Virus record (IMG/VR): IMGVR_UViG_3300030098_005673
Coordinates: 1-52,067 of that record
From: a virus
Taxonomy: Duplodnaviria; Caudoviricetes
Direction: 5' to 3' (one strand)
Length of the DNA stretch: 52,067 nucleotides
Part shown: one piece after another, positions 1-8,825 of the stretch
Layout: each line of letters starts with the position of its first letter
Numbering within the stretch: position 1 is the stretch's first letter
Notes under the pieces: model-generated
The model's input: only the letters and a program-made list of their open reading frames with translations
What the model was told of the DNA's origin: nothing
Databases searched by the model: none
Translations under genes and position numbers: made by a program

Positions 1-99
1 GTGGGGAGAAAACGTCGGGGCGTTGCAAGTTTTTTACAATCAGTACCTTGATACGATTAGCGATCCCGATAAATTTAATGTCATGCTTGAGCCGCTGGT
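1..99. repeat. Terminal direct repeat (assembly overlap), copy 1
   Basis: nt 1-99 are identical to 51969-52067 and an ORF reads through the junction in frame. Confidence 0.97.
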
Positions 100-307
100 C
101 ACGGACATGGAGGACGATCAGCAATGGAAAGGGATTGCCGAACGATATCAGCGTTTGAAGTTAGAGCGTAATGAAATAGATCGCCAGCTACAGCAGGCCA
201 AGGAGGGCTTGTTAGCGCTCTCTAATGGCAAAAAATCTCGTGGTGCGGGGCTTCTTGTTTATCCCCACAAAACAGCCAGTGGGAAAGTAAATTGGATTAT
301 CAAATGA
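1..307 (+). CDS. C-terminal part of YqaJ/lambda-exonuclease-family protein (gene starts at 51466 and spans the origin)
   Basis: Frame is continuous with the ORF from GTG 51466 across the 99-nt overlap; coiled-coil C-terminus; stop at 305-307. Confidence 0.85.
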   Translation, partial: WGENVGALQVFYNQYLDTISDPDKFNVMLEPLVTDMEDDQQWKGIAERYQRLKLERNEIDRQLQQAKEGLLALSNGKKSRGAGLLVYPHKTASGKVNWIIK

Positions 308-317
308 AAGGGTAGAA

Positions 318-695
318 ATGTCGAGTTACAACAGAGTCGTTTTAATGGGAAATATTACGAGAGATTTTGAGGTTCGGCATACGCCAGCCGGTACAGCGGT
401 TACAGATGTTACGGTCGCTGTGAATCATCGAGTAAAGTCTGGGGATGAGTGGGTTGATGAGGCTACTTTCGTCGATGTTACACTTTGGGGTAGAACGGCG
501 GAGGTTGCGTCTGAATATTTATCAAAAGGTTCTCCCGTTTTCTTTGAAGGTCGATTGAAGCTGGATCGTTGGGAGTCGGACGGAGAAACGAGGAGCAAGT
601 TAAAAGTTGTCGCTGAAAAAATGCAGTTGCTGCCAAGGTCTGGTGATACTCAAAAACCTGTAGCAGTTTCTGTTGGAGAAGATTTGCCGTTTTAA
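318..695 (+). CDS. ssb: Single-stranded DNA-binding protein
   Basis: NRVVLMGNITRD...WGRTAE...YLSKGSPVFFEGRL and acidic C-terminal DLPF tail. Confidence 0.97.
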   Translation: MSSYNRVVLMGNITRDFEVRHTPAGTAVTDVTVAVNHRVKSGDEWVDEATFVDVTLWGRTAEVASEYLSKGSPVFFEGRLKLDRWESDGETRSKLKVVAEKMQLLPRSGDTQKPVAVSVGEDLPF

Positions 696-722
696 GTTTG
701 TATAAGTGTGCATCCTTTCGGG

Positions 723-756
723 GCCAGTCCACAGAGTTTGTGGGCTGGCTTTTTTT
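723..756 (+). terminator. Intrinsic terminator after ssb
   Basis: GCCAGTCCACA/TGTGGGCTGGC stem followed by T7. Confidence 0.75.
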
Positions 757-769
757 GGGGAGAAAAAAG

Positions 770-2311
770 ATGGATCTGTGGGAGCATCAAAAACGTGGGA
801 TTCAGCAAAGCAGGGCATGTTGGGCAGACCCCAAGATTAAGTCTTGGTGTGTAGTAGCGCCGCCGGGGGCTGGAAAGTCTTTGATGATGCGAAGAATGGC
901 GATACCTGCTACTGAAAGCGGGAAGCGTGTTTCTATTTATTTGCATCGAAGAATGTTGACTCGGCAAACGATAGATTTGTTTTTGAAGGAAGGGGTTGAT
1001 TTTGGTGTAATTGCAAATGGGTTTGAGCAGTACCAAAACGACGAAGCATCTTTGCAGATTTGCAGTTTGCCTACGGTGTATAGCCGTATGGAAAAGTTTA
1101 ATTTTCGATGGCCTTATTCTGATCTTGTGATAGTCGATGAACGACACCAGCAAGTTGAGAGGCAGGCATCTGTTGTGTTTAGTAGGCACATTAACGAAGG
1201 CGCACAAATAGCTGGCTTTACAGCTACGCCAGTTGGGTTAAACGGCCATGCTCAGAAGCTGGTAAACGCTGGGACGTATAGAGAGATGCTTGATGTTGGC
1301 GCTCACTTGCCAGTCGAGCATTATATGCCAGACTCCCCTTCTCTGGAAAAGCTCAAGAAATCCAGAATTACGACACCAGAAAATATTGCCTATAATCGGG
1401 TTCCAACAATTTTCGGAAGAGTTTACGAGCATTGGAAAAAACTTAACCCAGACCAGCTTCCTGCTGTCGGCTTTGCGCCGGGTGTTGAGCAGGCTATATG
1501 GTTTGCTGATTTGTTTCGGCAAAAGGGCGTAGCCTGTTGCTCTCTTGACGCAAAAACATCTGTGTTTGTGGAGAAAAACAACAACGGCGTATTTGTAAAG
1601 AAAGAATACACGACAGACGAATCCACTCGTAAAGAAGTTTTAGACGGAAGTGCGGACGGCAAATATAAAATTGTCTGGAACCGTTTTATATTGAGAGAGG
1701 CAATTGACCTTCCGGCTTGGTATCACTGTATTTTGTGTACGACGATGGGAAGCCTTTCTACTTATTTACAAACGACTGGCAGGGTTCTTAGAAATTTCCC
1801 CGGCTATGACAAGGTTATTTTGCAGGATCACAGCGGCAATATTGACCGTCACGGATTCTGCAACGAAGAACGTGCTTGGATTCTTGGATCTACCAACATT
1901 TCTATGTTTAAAAAACGCATGAAGAAATTGCTGGCAAAAAAGGATCTGGTAGAAATTGTTTGCCCAAAATGCTTTGCTTATAGAACGCATGGCTCGGACT
2001 GTCCTAAGTGCGGATTTAGATATTTCAAGAACACCAGAACCGTACGTATGATTAGCGGAGAACTTAAAAAGGTCGATATTTACAAGAGAAAAAGCGACAG
2101 ACAAAAGTGCGAGTCAATTTTAAAGTCTTGTTTTTGGATCTGTGCTAGGTCTAATCGTACGTTTCAGCAAGCGGTCTTAATTGCACAGCAAAAGGCAAAA
2201 AAACAGCAAATAGAATGGGACAATCGGGTTCTTGCAAAATACGACACCCAAGCAATTTGGACGAGAAAAGTTTCTGAGGTCTTCCCCTATATGTCAAAAC
2301 GGTCAAAATAA
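770..2311 (+). CDS. SF2 (DEAD/DEAH-like, RadD/YejH-type) helicase with C-terminal zinc finger
   Basis: Walker A PPGAGKS, motif II variant IVDERH, TATP, QTTGRVLR, CPKC...CPKC; ATG 770 follows GGGGAG. Confidence 0.9.
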   Translation: MDLWEHQKRGIQQSRACWADPKIKSWCVVAPPGAGKSLMMRRMAIPATESGKRVSIYLHRRMLTRQTIDLFLKEGVDFGVIANGFEQYQNDEASLQICSLPTVYSRMEKFNFRWPYSDLVIVDERHQQVERQASVVFSRHINEGAQIAGFTATPVGLNGHAQKLVNAGTYREMLDVGAHLPVEHYMPDSPSLEKLKKSRITTPENIAYNRVPTIFGRVYEHWKKLNPDQLPAVGFAPGVEQAIWFADLFRQKGVACCSLDAKTSVFVEKNNNGVFVKKEYTTDESTRKEVLDGSADGKYKIVWNRFILREAIDLPAWYHCILCTTMGSLSTYLQTTGRVLRNFPGYDKVILQDHSGNIDRHGFCNEERAWILGSTNISMFKKRMKKLLAKKDLVEIVCPKCFAYRTHGSDCPKCGFRYFKNTRTVRMISGELKKVDIYKRKSDRQKCESILKSCFWICARSNRTFQQAVLIAQQKAKKQQIEWDNRVLAKYDTQAIWTRKVSEVFPYMSKRSK

Positions 2312-2340
2312 AGTTTTACTTTTTGGAGAATCTTAAAAAT

Positions 2341-2688
2341 ATGAGCCATCCTTCCAAGCAAAAGGGGAACGGCTACGAAAGAGAGCTTGTTAATTTAATA
2401 CAAGACTCAGGCATGAAGGCCAAACGAGCGTACGCGAGTAACGGTGAATCTCTGGGCCACCATGCAGAAGTGGATTTAGTTTTTGGCAATGCCGATTACA
2501 AAGTTCAAGCAAAGCGAAGGAAAAAAATAGCAGATTATCTGCAAGTGGGAGAGCATGTTGATTTTGTGGTTTTTAGGCAGGATCGGGGCGACAGTCTCGT
2601 GTTAATGGATTTGTACCGCCTGCTTGATATTCTCAAAGCGCTCGAAAACGAGCAGGTCACGGATGGAAATTCCCAAGGACATAGCTGA
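2341..2688 (+). CDS. Holliday-junction resolvase (Hjc-like PD-(D/E)xK)
   Basis: SKQKGNGYEREL...VDL...VQAKRRK pattern. Confidence 0.75.
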   Translation: MSHPSKQKGNGYERELVNLIQDSGMKAKRAYASNGESLGHHAEVDLVFGNADYKVQAKRRKKIADYLQVGEHVDFVVFRQDRGDSLVLMDLYRLLDILKALENEQVTDGNSQGHS

Positions 2689-3004
2689 ACAATATTCACG
2701 CATGATTGAGGTTCAATTTTGGCGTGGCAATCAGGATCAGTGCCACGAAATTGTTGACCTAGCTTTTCGTGAATCTTTAAGCCGCTATCAATCTGTTGTA
2801 GATGGTGATACGAGCATATCTCAATTGTTCGACCAAAAGATAGTTAATGCGTTAGAAAGTGTTGGCGTTTTGTTTGTCCGTGATTTTGAAGGAGTAACAA
2901 AACAACAGTTGAGTTCGATAGCACAATTTGGAACCATAACGATTGCCTCAATTAGTGAGGTTCTTAATCAGTATGGTTTTAAATTGAAAGACATTAAAGT
3001 ATGA
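2663..3004 (+). CDS. Protein with RNA polymerase alpha-CTD-like (HhH) domain
   Basis: KIVNALESVGVLFVRDF...QLSSIAQFGTITIASISEVLNQYGFKL follows the alpha-CTD pattern (N.L...GI..V.DL...L..I.NFG..S..EI...L...GL.L). Confidence 0.65.
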   Translation: MEIPKDIAEQYSRMIEVQFWRGNQDQCHEIVDLAFRESLSRYQSVVDGDTSISQLFDQKIVNALESVGVLFVRDFEGVTKQQLSSIAQFGTITIASISEVLNQYGFKLKDIKV

Positions 3005-3201
3005 GAGAGCCACGTTTTGAATATCAAAAAAAGGTTGTGGAAAGATTAGAACGAACGAAGCAAGAAATTGAGGAGCTTCAATATATTCAAAAGTGGCACT
3101 GTCCCCCTAAAGAAAAAGAAAAGCTGATAATTAACCGAGAGCTTCTAAATTTACGCTCTCTTGTTTTGACTTTGCAGTGGAGGATTAAGCAATGGCAGTA
3201 A
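3001..3201 (+). CDS. Hypothetical coiled-coil protein
   Basis: ATGA overlap with upstream gene; overlaps downstream gene. Confidence 0.6.
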   Translation: MREPRFEYQKKVVERLERTKQEIEELQYIQKWHCPPKEKEKLIINRELLNLRSLVLTLQWRIKQWQ

Positions 3202-3662
3202 GATCAAAATTTGAAACGTCAAAAGATCGATGGCTGGAGGAAATAGTTGCGCTTGCCTTAAGCGATGCTTGGACTGTCGAAATGAAAAAGCTACCGATAC
3301 ACCAACGAATGGATTTTGCGATGGTGCGTCCAGACAAGTCAATTGGTGCGCTTTGTGAAATCAAGGTAAGGAATTTCACATGGGGGGATTACCCGGATGT
3401 AATGCTTTCGGCATCAAAAGTTAAATACGCCAAGGAGATGATGACGGCGTTTTCTTTAAAGACAATTTTTGTTGTTATGGATAAAACTGGAGACATTAGA
3501 TATTTGCCGATGGACAATATGGAATATCCACTGGCTTATGGTGGCAGGACCGCCAATCCTAGAGATGACCAAGATTCTGAGCTGGTTTTACACGTTCCTA
3601 ATGATGATTTTGTGCAGTTGACCTGCGTGGATGTAAACATCAAAATGGCTGGCGAGATGTAA
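3192..3662 (+). CDS. PD-(D/E)xK-like nuclease
   Basis: MDFAMV...ALCEIKVR (D...ExK). Confidence 0.6.
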   Translation: MAVRSKFETSKDRWLEEIVALALSDAWTVEMKKLPIHQRMDFAMVRPDKSIGALCEIKVRNFTWGDYPDVMLSASKVKYAKEMMTAFSLKTIFVVMDKTGDIRYLPMDNMEYPLAYGGRTANPRDDQDSELVLHVPNDDFVQLTCVDVNIKMAGEM

Positions 3663-3738
3663 CCCAGAAAGGCAGGTGATCGTATCTAGTGCGAGATGTA
3701 CACCAGCCATCTAAAAAACGCACAGCCGGGAGTAGGTT

Positions 3739-4005
3739 ATGGAGTTTCAAGCGGCAGACATTACACGAATTGAGGAGTTGGTTTCTCAGGCTATAGCAAA
3801 TTCAGATTTGCGGAGAAGCCAAAAGTTTGCTTTGCGATTACGCTATGCAGTATCGCCAAAGTTTAGGTCAATTTTAAACGACGCAATCGAGGAAAAATAT
3901 CTTGACGAAAATCCCGGCGTACAAGAAATTGATTGGGACAAATTCGCTGAATTCTTAGAAAGAATTTTACCTTTAATTTTGCAGCTAATCATAGGATTGA
4001 TGTAA
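3739..4005 (+). CDS. Hypothetical protein with amphipathic/hydrophobic C-terminus
   Basis: GGAG RBS; C-terminus IDWDKFAEFLERILPLILQLIIGLM. Confidence 0.7.
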   Translation: MEFQAADITRIEELVSQAIANSDLRRSQKFALRLRYAVSPKFRSILNDAIEEKYLDENPGVQEIDWDKFAEFLERILPLILQLIIGLM

Positions 4006-4208
4006 TGGCTTTAATGAATTGGAAAACGACGTTATCGGGCGTTATTGGTGCGCTGGTTGTAATTGGCGCAGAGGTGCAAAAGTTTTTAGACGGTTCAGAG
4101 GCTACTCAGCCAGATTGGAACGTAGTAATCGGCGCAGTTGTTTTGGCGCTTGGTTTGTTCTTCGCAAGAGATGCGGACAAATCTTCCAAAGCAACGGGCG
4201 TAGAGTAA
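4005..4208 (+). CDS. Holin-like two-TM membrane protein
   Basis: 67 aa, NWKTT start, two hydrophobic segments, charged tail (ARDADKSS); TAATG coupling on both sides. Confidence 0.6.
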   Translation: MALMNWKTTLSGVIGALVVIGAEVQKFLDGSEATQPDWNVVIGAVVLALGLFFARDADKSSKATGVE

Positions 4209-5146
4209 TGAACGAACAATCCTTGCCTCCTGATTTAGAAGTCGGGCCGAGCATAGCCACAGCCGATGGTGAATTGCCTTCTATGTGGCATATCAGTTTA
4301 AAGCTAAAGGCGGCGCACGAAGCCGGGATTGATGGCAGCGGAATTACTTTCTCGATAAACGATACTGGTGTGTTTGAGGAACACGGATATTTCGGAAATC
4401 AAGAATTTGATTTTGAGCATTTCAATTCCACGTCGTCCAATGGCATGGATGACAAGAACGGTCATGGCACTCACTGTTACGGTATTACAACTTCGGTTGC
4501 ACCCGGAGCGGTTGGTATTTGGACAAAAGTTTTAAGTGATCGTGGTTCAGGATCGACGACCGGAATTGACAAGGGCCGGATACACGCAGCCAAGCAAGGC
4601 GCAGATGTTATATCTGAATCTCTCGGAGATGGCGGCGGGCCGGTTATACGTGATTCATATGAGGCAATCGAAACGGCATACAATGAAGGAACGTCGATCT
4701 GTGTTGCGGCGGCTGGCAATTCTGGATTTAACGGCAGAAACTCAACTGTCGGCAGGCATGCCAGCTACGACAACGCATGGTGTCAAGGTGCTACAAAACG
4801 GGACGGATCTATAGCTGGATTTTCATCGGGCGGCAAAACTCTTGACGCAGCTACGCCGGGCCAGAGCATTGTATCATGTGGCCTAAAAAGTTCTTGGCAT
4901 TGGGTGTCGATGTCAGGTACGTCGATGGCTACTCCGTTTATGGCTGGAATCTTTTGTTTGGTGATCCAGAAACGAAGGATGATAGGAAAGCCGGATTTGA
5001 TTGGCCGAAACGCATGGCTGGATTTCATGTTGCAAGAGGGTTTCATGGAGGACCGAGGAGACGACGGCCATGATCCCCGCTTCGGGCATGGCGTTCCTTC
5101 GATAGACAAAATTTTAGATGCTCTGATCGATCCAGAATGGGTATGA
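4208..5146 (+). CDS. S8 subtilisin-family serine peptidase
   Basis: Catalytic motifs DTG, GHGTH, AAAGN, SGTSMATP. Confidence 0.95.
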   Translation: MNEQSLPPDLEVGPSIATADGELPSMWHISLKLKAAHEAGIDGSGITFSINDTGVFEEHGYFGNQEFDFEHFNSTSSNGMDDKNGHGTHCYGITTSVAPGAVGIWTKVLSDRGSGSTTGIDKGRIHAAKQGADVISESLGDGGGPVIRDSYEAIETAYNEGTSICVAAAGNSGFNGRNSTVGRHASYDNAWCQGATKRDGSIAGFSSGGKTLDAATPGQSIVSCGLKSSWHWVSMSGTSMATPFMAGIFCLVIQKRRMIGKPDLIGRNAWLDFMLQEGFMEDRGDDGHDPRFGHGVPSIDKILDALIDPEWV

Positions 5147-5823
5147 AAATGATTTTAAAACTTGCTATGTGTTGTTTGTTTTTCTTGGCCGAGATTGAAA
5201 CAACTCCGGTCACATTTTACGAAGCCAAATCTGCTACGGTTGTGGATAATGGCGATGAAGTGCGAGTCATGCTGCAAGGCGGATCTGGGCAGGTCGGCTA
5301 TGGCGTGGTGGTGGATACAAAAAATGATGCGCTGCAATACATAGAAGTTCACGACGAGAAAAAGCCATTTCCTCCAAACGTGCTTGAGCCATTTGAGCCG
5401 GGCAAATTTTTAGTTGCAGGCCAGCCCGGTTCGGTGTTCTGGATATCCATACGTGCTGACGGTGCGCCTCCTGTCTGGATGTCCATCACAGTAGGAGAGA
5501 GAGGTCCTCCGCTTTCAGATCCGGATAGCGACCTCTATAAATGGGTTTTGAATAACAAGCCGAACGATCAAAAAACAGCCGATGTATTAGCCAGCTATTA
5601 CGAATCCGCTGTGAAAGAGTGCCAAGAAAATAATTACAATTTGCCGCAATCAAAGGTAACTGTTTCTTCAGCAAGGAAACGAGCGCTTTTATCTTTGGAC
5701 AGTCTAGACGTTGATTGGTCAGGATTCTTTATTGGACTAAACCAAGAGATAGACCCAACAAACGACGTGCCTTCTTATCTTAAAAAAATCAATTCAGTTA
5801 TTGAAGCTTTGCGGGCAAAGTAA
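5143..5823 (+). CDS. Hypothetical exported protein
   Basis: N-terminal signal-like segment; ATGA overlap with S8 gene. Confidence 0.7.
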   Translation: MKMILKLAMCCLFFLAEIETTPVTFYEAKSATVVDNGDEVRVMLQGGSGQVGYGVVVDTKNDALQYIEVHDEKKPFPPNVLEPFEPGKFLVAGQPGSVFWISIRADGAPPVWMSITVGERGPPLSDPDSDLYKWVLNNKPNDQKTADVLASYYESAVKECQENNYNLPQSKVTVSSARKRALLSLDSLDVDWSGFFIGLNQEIDPTNDVPSYLKKINSVIEALRAK

Positions 5824-5889
5824 ACTGCTATCGACATTTGGGGTGGCCTCTCGATACCTTAATTTGTATCAAAACCTTTGGAGCCACCC

Positions 5890-6897
5890 ATGCAAAAATT
5901 TAAAACGTCGTTTTTAGCGACATGCCTATTTCTTTTCCTGTCTGCAATTTGTCTAGCAGACGACCGCCGAGATGCTGCTGTTAAGATCGAATTCTCGATT
6001 CCTGTTAATGGCTTCGGAATGATTTGCCAGCCCGGAGAAACTCCGGCTTACTACGCCAGCGGATATGGTCGTGGGGTGATTGTTGGCGATGATGTTATTT
6101 TGACAGCCGATCATGTGATTGATGATGCTACAGAATTCAACATTATTTTTTCCGATGGCTCTACTGTCCAAAAGGTGAAGATAGTCAAACGAGATTCATA
6201 TTCTGATTTGGCGGTTTTGGAATGTGATGTTCCAGACGATTTGCCTGTTGCTGAAATTGCAAAAGACCAAGATCCAGAAGGTGTTTTTTATGTTTTCGGG
6301 AATAAGGATTACGAAGCAGAATGTCGGTACGACGCAGAGGGTTATTGGTGGTGCGATTCGGAGTGTACTCAAGGAGATTCGGGCGGGCCAATTTACAACG
6401 CCGATAGCGAGCTAGTCGGAATTGTTTCTGGCGGCTCGGTTTGGGTGAAAGAGCCAGAAGGCGGCCCAAAATCTTGCTGGCCTTTACGTGCTGGCTCATT
6501 GGAGTCAATTAAGCAGATTCTAAAGCGTGCCGGATACGAAGAACTCTACACTTTGAGCAATGGCGAGATTGGGCTTTTAGGTTATGAAAAAGCTTACAAC
6601 GTAGCAATGAAATCTGGACAGCCTCTGATTGTGGTTTTTGGGGCTTCATGGTGCGCACCCTGTAAGAAGATGAAAAAGGATGTTCTGGTTCCTTTGATGG
6701 AGTCCAAAAAATTAGCCGAATATTTGGTTGCATACGTGGATGTGGATAATCAGCCAAAGATTTACAAGAATATGATTGATGGCAAGATTTTAATTCCTGC
6801 TGTTGTGGTGTTTAAGAAAAAGCAAAGCGGGTGGGAAGTCAAACGCAAAAAGGGATATCTTAATCAGGCCAAATTTTTGGAGCTGATCAAATGGTAA
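5890..6897 (+). CDS. Secreted trypsin-like serine protease fused to thioredoxin domain
   Basis: Signal peptide; LTADHV, SDLAVL, GDSGGP triad motifs; C-terminal FGASWCAPC. Confidence 0.9.
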   Translation: MQKFKTSFLATCLFLFLSAICLADDRRDAAVKIEFSIPVNGFGMICQPGETPAYYASGYGRGVIVGDDVILTADHVIDDATEFNIIFSDGSTVQKVKIVKRDSYSDLAVLECDVPDDLPVAEIAKDQDPEGVFYVFGNKDYEAECRYDAEGYWWCDSECTQGDSGGPIYNADSELVGIVSGGSVWVKEPEGGPKSCWPLRAGSLESIKQILKRAGYEELYTLSNGEIGLLGYEKAYNVAMKSGQPLIVVFGASWCAPCKKMKKDVLVPLMESKKLAEYLVAYVDVDNQPKIYKNMIDGKILIPAVVVFKKKQSGWEVKRKKGYLNQAKFLELIKW

Positions 6898-7094
6898 CGC
6901 GGGTTTGCTTGGCGGCTATGCTGTCTCTTGCTGTTTTGTTGGCTTGTCACAACATCAAAATTTCTATTCCATGTGTGGTGTGCGGAGAGGCCACGTATAA
7001 GGAATCAATTTTGTGCCGAATCGCTGGGGGCTGGAACAAGAATTTTATGCACGACTCTTGTGTTTATCGGTATGAATCAAAACAACTGGATTGA
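6891..7094 (+). CDS. Small Cys-rich exported/membrane protein
   Basis: Hydrophobic N-terminus, CxxC and HxxC motifs. Confidence 0.45.
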   Translation: MVTRVCLAAMLSLAVLLACHNIKISIPCVVCGEATYKESILCRIAGGWNKNFMHDSCVYRYESKQLD

Positions 7095-7142
7095 CTATGT
7101 TCTGTTCATTTTTTTTCTGCTTTTATTGCTGGCTATTTTGTT

Positions 7143-7493
7143 GTGAATGAAAACGAGTGGACGGAGTACATTTTAGAAAATCAGCCGATCTTTAAGAGCA
7201 GCCAATTTGATACCCGGTTATGGGATAGGACCAGACCCGACATAATTAGCGAAAGTCACGTATACGAAGTGGACTGGAGCCACAAGTGGAAAGAGGGCGT
7301 TGGGCAGGCGGCTTTCTATAGGGAGATGACTGGCAAGAGGGGATGCTTGTTGCTGCTATTTCCGAATGGGGTAAAATCAGAGAAGGAAAGGCTACGTGCT
7401 TATCGGGCTTTGTTGGCTTGTAAGGGTTGCGATTTAGACCTGCTTTTTTGGGATTGTGAGAATAGGGAGTTTATGGATGGCTGGCAAAGGTGA
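7143..7493 (+). CDS. Hypothetical protein, restriction-endonuclease-like fold possible
   Basis: RPDII...YEVDW..KWKEGVGQA..Y motif. Confidence 0.55.
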   Translation: MNENEWTEYILENQPIFKSSQFDTRLWDRTRPDIISESHVYEVDWSHKWKEGVGQAAFYREMTGKRGCLLLLFPNGVKSEKERLRAYRALLACKGCDLDLLFWDCENREFMDGWQR

Positions 7494-7611
7494 CAAACCC
7501 CGAAAAAAGGACCAGAAGAAATACCGGAAAAACTGGAATAGGATTTTCAAAAAACCAGCCGATAAGAAATCCCCTATAAACAAACAGGAGACTATGGGAG
7601 AGGCTAAGTAG
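7477..7611 (+). CDS. Small basic protein (44 aa, below ORF-track cutoff)
   Basis: MAGKGDKPRKKDQKKYRKNWNRIF...; GGGAG RBS upstream. Confidence 0.6.
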   Translation: MAGKGDKPRKKDQKKYRKNWNRIFKKPADKKSPINKQETMGEAK

Positions 7612-7743
7612 ATACCCATACGAATCATTGCTACGTGAAAAGAGCTTATTCTAGGGCCATTCTGGGGCTTCTGGGCTTGTCTGGTTGCTTTTCAACATAG
7701 TACAAACAAAAAAACACTATCAGCCGATATACGGAACCCCCAA

Positions 7744-8184
7744 ATGGTAAGCCCAAACCTCACTAGGAAGCAAAGAAGATTCTGCGAAGAGTATATGGTG
7801 GACATGAATGCCACCAGAGCAGCTAAGATGGCTGGATACTCGGAAGCTTCAGCCCAAGTCCAAGGGTCAGTAAACCTCAAAAAACCCTTGATTCAAGAGT
7901 ACATACAGGAGCTTATGGATGAAAAGGCCAAGCATTGCCACATAGATGCTCGGTTCATCATCACAGAGCTAAGGAAAACTATGGAGGATGCAAGGGCCAG
8001 AAATCAGCATTCTGTGGTGGTCAAATGCCTAGAGAACATGGCAAGGCATTGCGGATTCTATGCGCCTGAAGCTTATGACCTAACCACCGGGGGCGAAAAA
8101 TTCAATTCGGCTGAGATACAAGAGGCCGAGACATCAGCACTAGATAAGGCACTGATGATGCTTCGGCAGAGGTCAAACAACTGA
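7744..8184 (+). CDS. terS: Terminase small subunit
   Basis: LTRKQRRFCEEYMVDMNATRAAKMAGYS...NLKKPLIQEYI (Terminase_2-type HTH). Confidence 0.9.
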   Translation: MVSPNLTRKQRRFCEEYMVDMNATRAAKMAGYSEASAQVQGSVNLKKPLIQEYIQELMDEKAKHCHIDARFIITELRKTMEDARARNQHSVVVKCLENMARHCGFYAPEAYDLTTGGEKFNSAEIQEAETSALDKALMMLRQRSNN

Positions 8185-8236
8185 GCTAAGTCCTTTGCCC
8201 CCCTAGACTTACAGCGGCATGGGGTAGTGGGCATCT

Positions 8237-8300
8237 GTATACTAATGGCCCTTAGTACACTAGTGGGCATTTGTACACTATGGTGTAAATTTGTACACTA
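8237..8300. repeat. Four GTA(C/T)ACTA repeats at 18-20 bp period
   Basis: Copies at 8237, 8255, 8273, 8293; TAGTGGGCAT twice (8225, 8261). Confidence 0.75.
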
Positions 8301-8542
8301 CTATCCCTGAGAAGGGGTCTAGACCCTGTTTAGGGCGGGAATCACCCCGAAAGCATAAGCGGGGGCGGCTGTCAAGGGGTTGGAGGCGGATTTGTCCTAA
8401 GTCCTTTCCCGGCATGTATTTAGGGGGGCGGATTTTCGGACCCCGGCGGGGAGGCAGACGGCAGAGGGGTGGCCCCCCGTGGGGGGTAAGGGGGCCAGAG
8501 GGGGGAGGCCCATGGTCACTAAGAAATTTCGCGAAGTAAATT

Positions 8543-8791
8543 TCAACTCTCTATCGTGTTGATAGCCAAACACAGCTTCGCCGTTTCAATCTCGCAGTCT
8601 CTCAACAGGTCTTCGGCTTGGTGTCGGTCATTAGCTGAAAGCTGGTCGTCGATATCCAGCCGGTGCATGATCTTCTTAGCTTTATCGACATAGCGGAAAA
8701 CAATGCGAGCGTCCTCTATCTCACGGTTTTCGTATGCCCGATATTTCACCATCGCCATGATGACAGCGGTTTCGAGTTTGGAATTCTTCAT
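8543..8791 (-). CDS. Hypothetical protein
   Basis: Strong GGAGGTG RBS upstream on the minus strand. Confidence 0.75.
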   Translation of the reverse strand: MKNSKLETAVIMAMVKYRAYENREIEDARIVFRYVDKAKKIMHRLDIDDQLSANDRHQAEDLLRDCEIETAKLCLAINTIES

Positions 8792-8825
8792 TTCACCTCC
8801 CCAAAAAAAATTTTCGAACTAAAGT

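Noticed and set aside
8291-8539. 82-aa Gly/Arg-rich ORF
   Set aside because: TTG start without RBS; composition reflects the G-tracts of a likely non-coding site.
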